A stretch of 63,956 bases of DNA, filler included, from Chiloscyllium plagiosum (taxonomy: Eukaryota): assembly GCF_004010195.1 (NCBI RefSeq). It is 5 parts of one record of this genome, joined end to end, with 100 filler letters (N's around TTAATTAATTAA, not from the genome) between each part and the next. Parts side by side here need not be neighbours in the genome. Positions count along the whole stretch, not along the records: positions 60,094 to 63,956 come from NC_057716.1; 4 more parts are not named here. One strand, written 5' to 3'. The position numbers and the translations under genes are program-made. Below the pieces are notes generated by a model. That model did no database searches. It saw only the letters and a program-made list of their open reading frames with translations, and was not told where the DNA came from. This document shows, piece after piece, positions 61,684 through 63,956 of the stretch. Position 1 is the first letter of the stretch, and the number at the start of each line of letters is the position of its first letter.

Positions 61684-63862
61684 ACGGGTATAAGAATTGC
61701 CAGCATCAATGTGTGTAGCATCAAATCGACTACGCGATGTGTTTCTACGATGGCCTGCCTGGCCAACGTTAAAGCCGACGTCCTGTTTCTGGAGGAGTGT
61801 GGGATACTGCACCTCAGCAGCTACAGGAGATGGTCGAGCTTGTGGGCCCATGGGCCATCAGTTTGGTCGGGGGGCAACAATAGCCGCGCCTCCGGCCTGG
61901 GTATCCTGTTGCGAGGAGGCAACTTCACCATCTCCGAGGTTAAGGAGGTGGTGGGCGGGTGCCTCCTCGTCGCTGACATCATGTACAGGAATGCTACCCT
62001 GAGACTGATTAATGTGTACGTCCCAGTGGGTAAGAGTGAACGTTTGGCCGTCCTGCAGCAGCTTTCACTGTTGCTGGTTACGTCCAGGCCGGTCATTCTG
62101 GCCGGAGACTTCAACTGTATCATTGATGCAGATGGACGATCCGGCGGGAGGACAGTAAACTGGACGCCACGTCCAGAGCCCTGATGGACACGGTAAAAGA
62201 TGCCAAGCTGCACGACGTCTTCAGCACCCCTGCAGACAGAGCACAGCGTAGATACACCTGGTCACGGGCAGACGGGTCTATCCGCTCAAGGATAGATTAC
62301 CTGTTTGTGTCCCGAACGCGCTCGGTCAGATCCACCGATGTCAAGCTCGTGTTCTTTTCTGACCACTGCCTCCTGCTGGCCGACTGTCACCTACAGGACG
62401 AGCAGCGGGCTGGTAAGGGAACGTGGAAGCTGAACACAAAACTGTTTACCCCGGGAAACATTGAGAGGCTCAAGAGGGATTACGCAGGTTGGAGAACCGT
62501 GAAGCCCCTCTTTGAGTCCCCAGCGGACTGGTGGGAAACAGTAAAAGGGAACATCAAGAGGTTCTTCATCCTCCAAGGTGTTCAGGAGGCGAGAGAGAGG
62601 TGGGGAAAACTGTCCCAGCTCCAGGAAAGTATGCAGAACCTGCTCCTGCTGCAGATGATGGGGGTGGATGTCACGAAGGACCTGAAGGAGGTGAAGGCCC
62701 AGCAAGCCACGCTCTTTGCCTCGGAGGCCTCCAAGATAATCTTCCGGTCCAGGGTCCGCTCGGTGGAGCAGGACGAGACGTGCTCACGTTTCTTCTTCCA
62801 GAAGGTGCACAAAGAGAGCTCTGTGCTCAGCAGCCTGAAGGAAGAAGATGGCTCAATAACGTCGTCTCAGGCTGACGTCATGAGGATCAGTAACTCCTTC
62901 TATGCCAGTCTGTATGTCGCAAAGCCGACCAACAGCGCGGCCTCCCAGTCATTCCTGTCCTCTATCACGGAGGTCTTAGACGACAGAACATGGGAGAGGC
63001 TGGACCAGCCGCTATCTCTGGACGAGCTGACCAAGGCCCACGAGTCCTTCGAAAAGAATAAAACTCCCGGAAGCGACAACTTACCGGTTGAGCTCTATTC
63101 CGCTCTGTGGGACTTGATTGGCCAGGACCTGCTGGAGATGTATGTCAGTATGCTTTGGACAGGTCCATGAGTAAATCCATGAGGAAAGGCATCATCACCC
63201 TCATCTACAAGCGGAAGGGGGAGAGGGAGGAACTCAAAAATTGGCGACCAATCTCACTGTTGAATGCGGATTAAAAAATTCTGTCAAAGGTAATCGCCAA
63301 CCGGGTCAGGTCTGCTCTGGGGTCGGTGATTCACCCTGACCAAACCTGTGCTGTACTGGGCAGGAAGATCGCTGAGAGTCTCGCACTCCTCAGGGATACG
63401 ATCGCCTACGTGCAGGACAGAGGGTTGGTCACCTGCTTGATCAGCCTGGACCAGGAGAAAGCATTTGACAGGATATCACACAGGTATATGAGAGATGTTC
63501 TATCCAAAATGGGCTTTGGGGAGGGAATCTGCAATTGGATCAGACTGCTCTACACCAACATTGTCAGTGCAGTCTCAATCAATGGGTGGGAATCAGATAG
63601 CTTCCCAGTCAGATCTGGAGTCAGGCAGGGCTGCCCTCTCTCTCCTGCCTTGTTTGTGTGCAGCATTGAGCCATTTGCCAAGTCCATCAGGAAGGATGCG
63701 AGCCTGAGAGGGGTGACTATTCCTGGCAGCGGGGGCCTGCAGGTTAAGGCCTCCCTGTACATGGATGATGTCGCCATTTTCTGCTCGGATTGGCTATCCG
63801 TGCGCAGACTCATGTGCATATGCAACCAGTACGAACGGACCTCGGGGGCCAAGGTAAACTGA
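61684..63862 (+). pseudogene. Tx1 ORF2 (APE endonuclease plus RT to YMDD), disrupted
   Basis: (ACG)GIRIASINV, FLEEC, AGDFNC, SRIDY, FSDHC, SLDQEKAFDRI, VRQGCPLSP, LYMDD. Confidence 0.92.
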
Positions 63863-63956
63863 GGCAAGAGCGAGGCCATTCTGATCACTTAATCTGCACT
63901 ATCAGGAACCTTCTCTCTTCTAGCACTCCAAAACCCCCCACCATTGCATAACTATT

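Larger units (their letters stand above)
60457..63880 (+). mobile_element. Tx1-clade LINE (ORF1 zinc knuckle plus ORF2 EN/RT), truncated at both ends
   Basis: GC-rich, CpG-retaining; ORF1 and ORF2 motifs below; homology stops shortly after YMDD. Confidence 0.9.

Overview
A repeat-dominated stretch of a cartilaginous fish genome, probably a shark: it carries HE1/V-SINEs and shark-type CR1 and Penelope elements. It is split by four artificial 100-nt gap spacers. I could not identify any intact host protein-coding gene, only a few weak minus-strand exon candidates at 1-8 kb and several enhancer-like unique islands. The main contents are: (i) many decayed CR1 LINEs; (ii) a dense set of Penelope-like elements (PLEs; RT plus GIY-YIG) from at least four families, whose pseudo-LTRs carry minimal type-I hammerhead ribozymes (HHRs), including at least six 70-230 nt HHR-derived mini-insertions with 12-18 bp TSDs, most of them fold-backs with hammerheads on both strands, and a nested PLE stack at 30.8-34.8 kb; (iii) the 3' half of a class I (gamma/epsilon-like) endogenous retrovirus (RNase H, integrase, env, PPT, 3' LTR) that abuts the 3' UTR of (iv) a near full-length L1 with a YY1 motif at its 5' end; (v) two abutting Tx1-clade LINE pieces whose ORF1 resembles mammalian ZCCHC3; (vi) RTE, L2 and Gypsy remnants and tRNA-derived SINEs. 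All coding regions are pseudogenised. Boundaries are read by eye and are approximate unless a TSD or motif is quoted.
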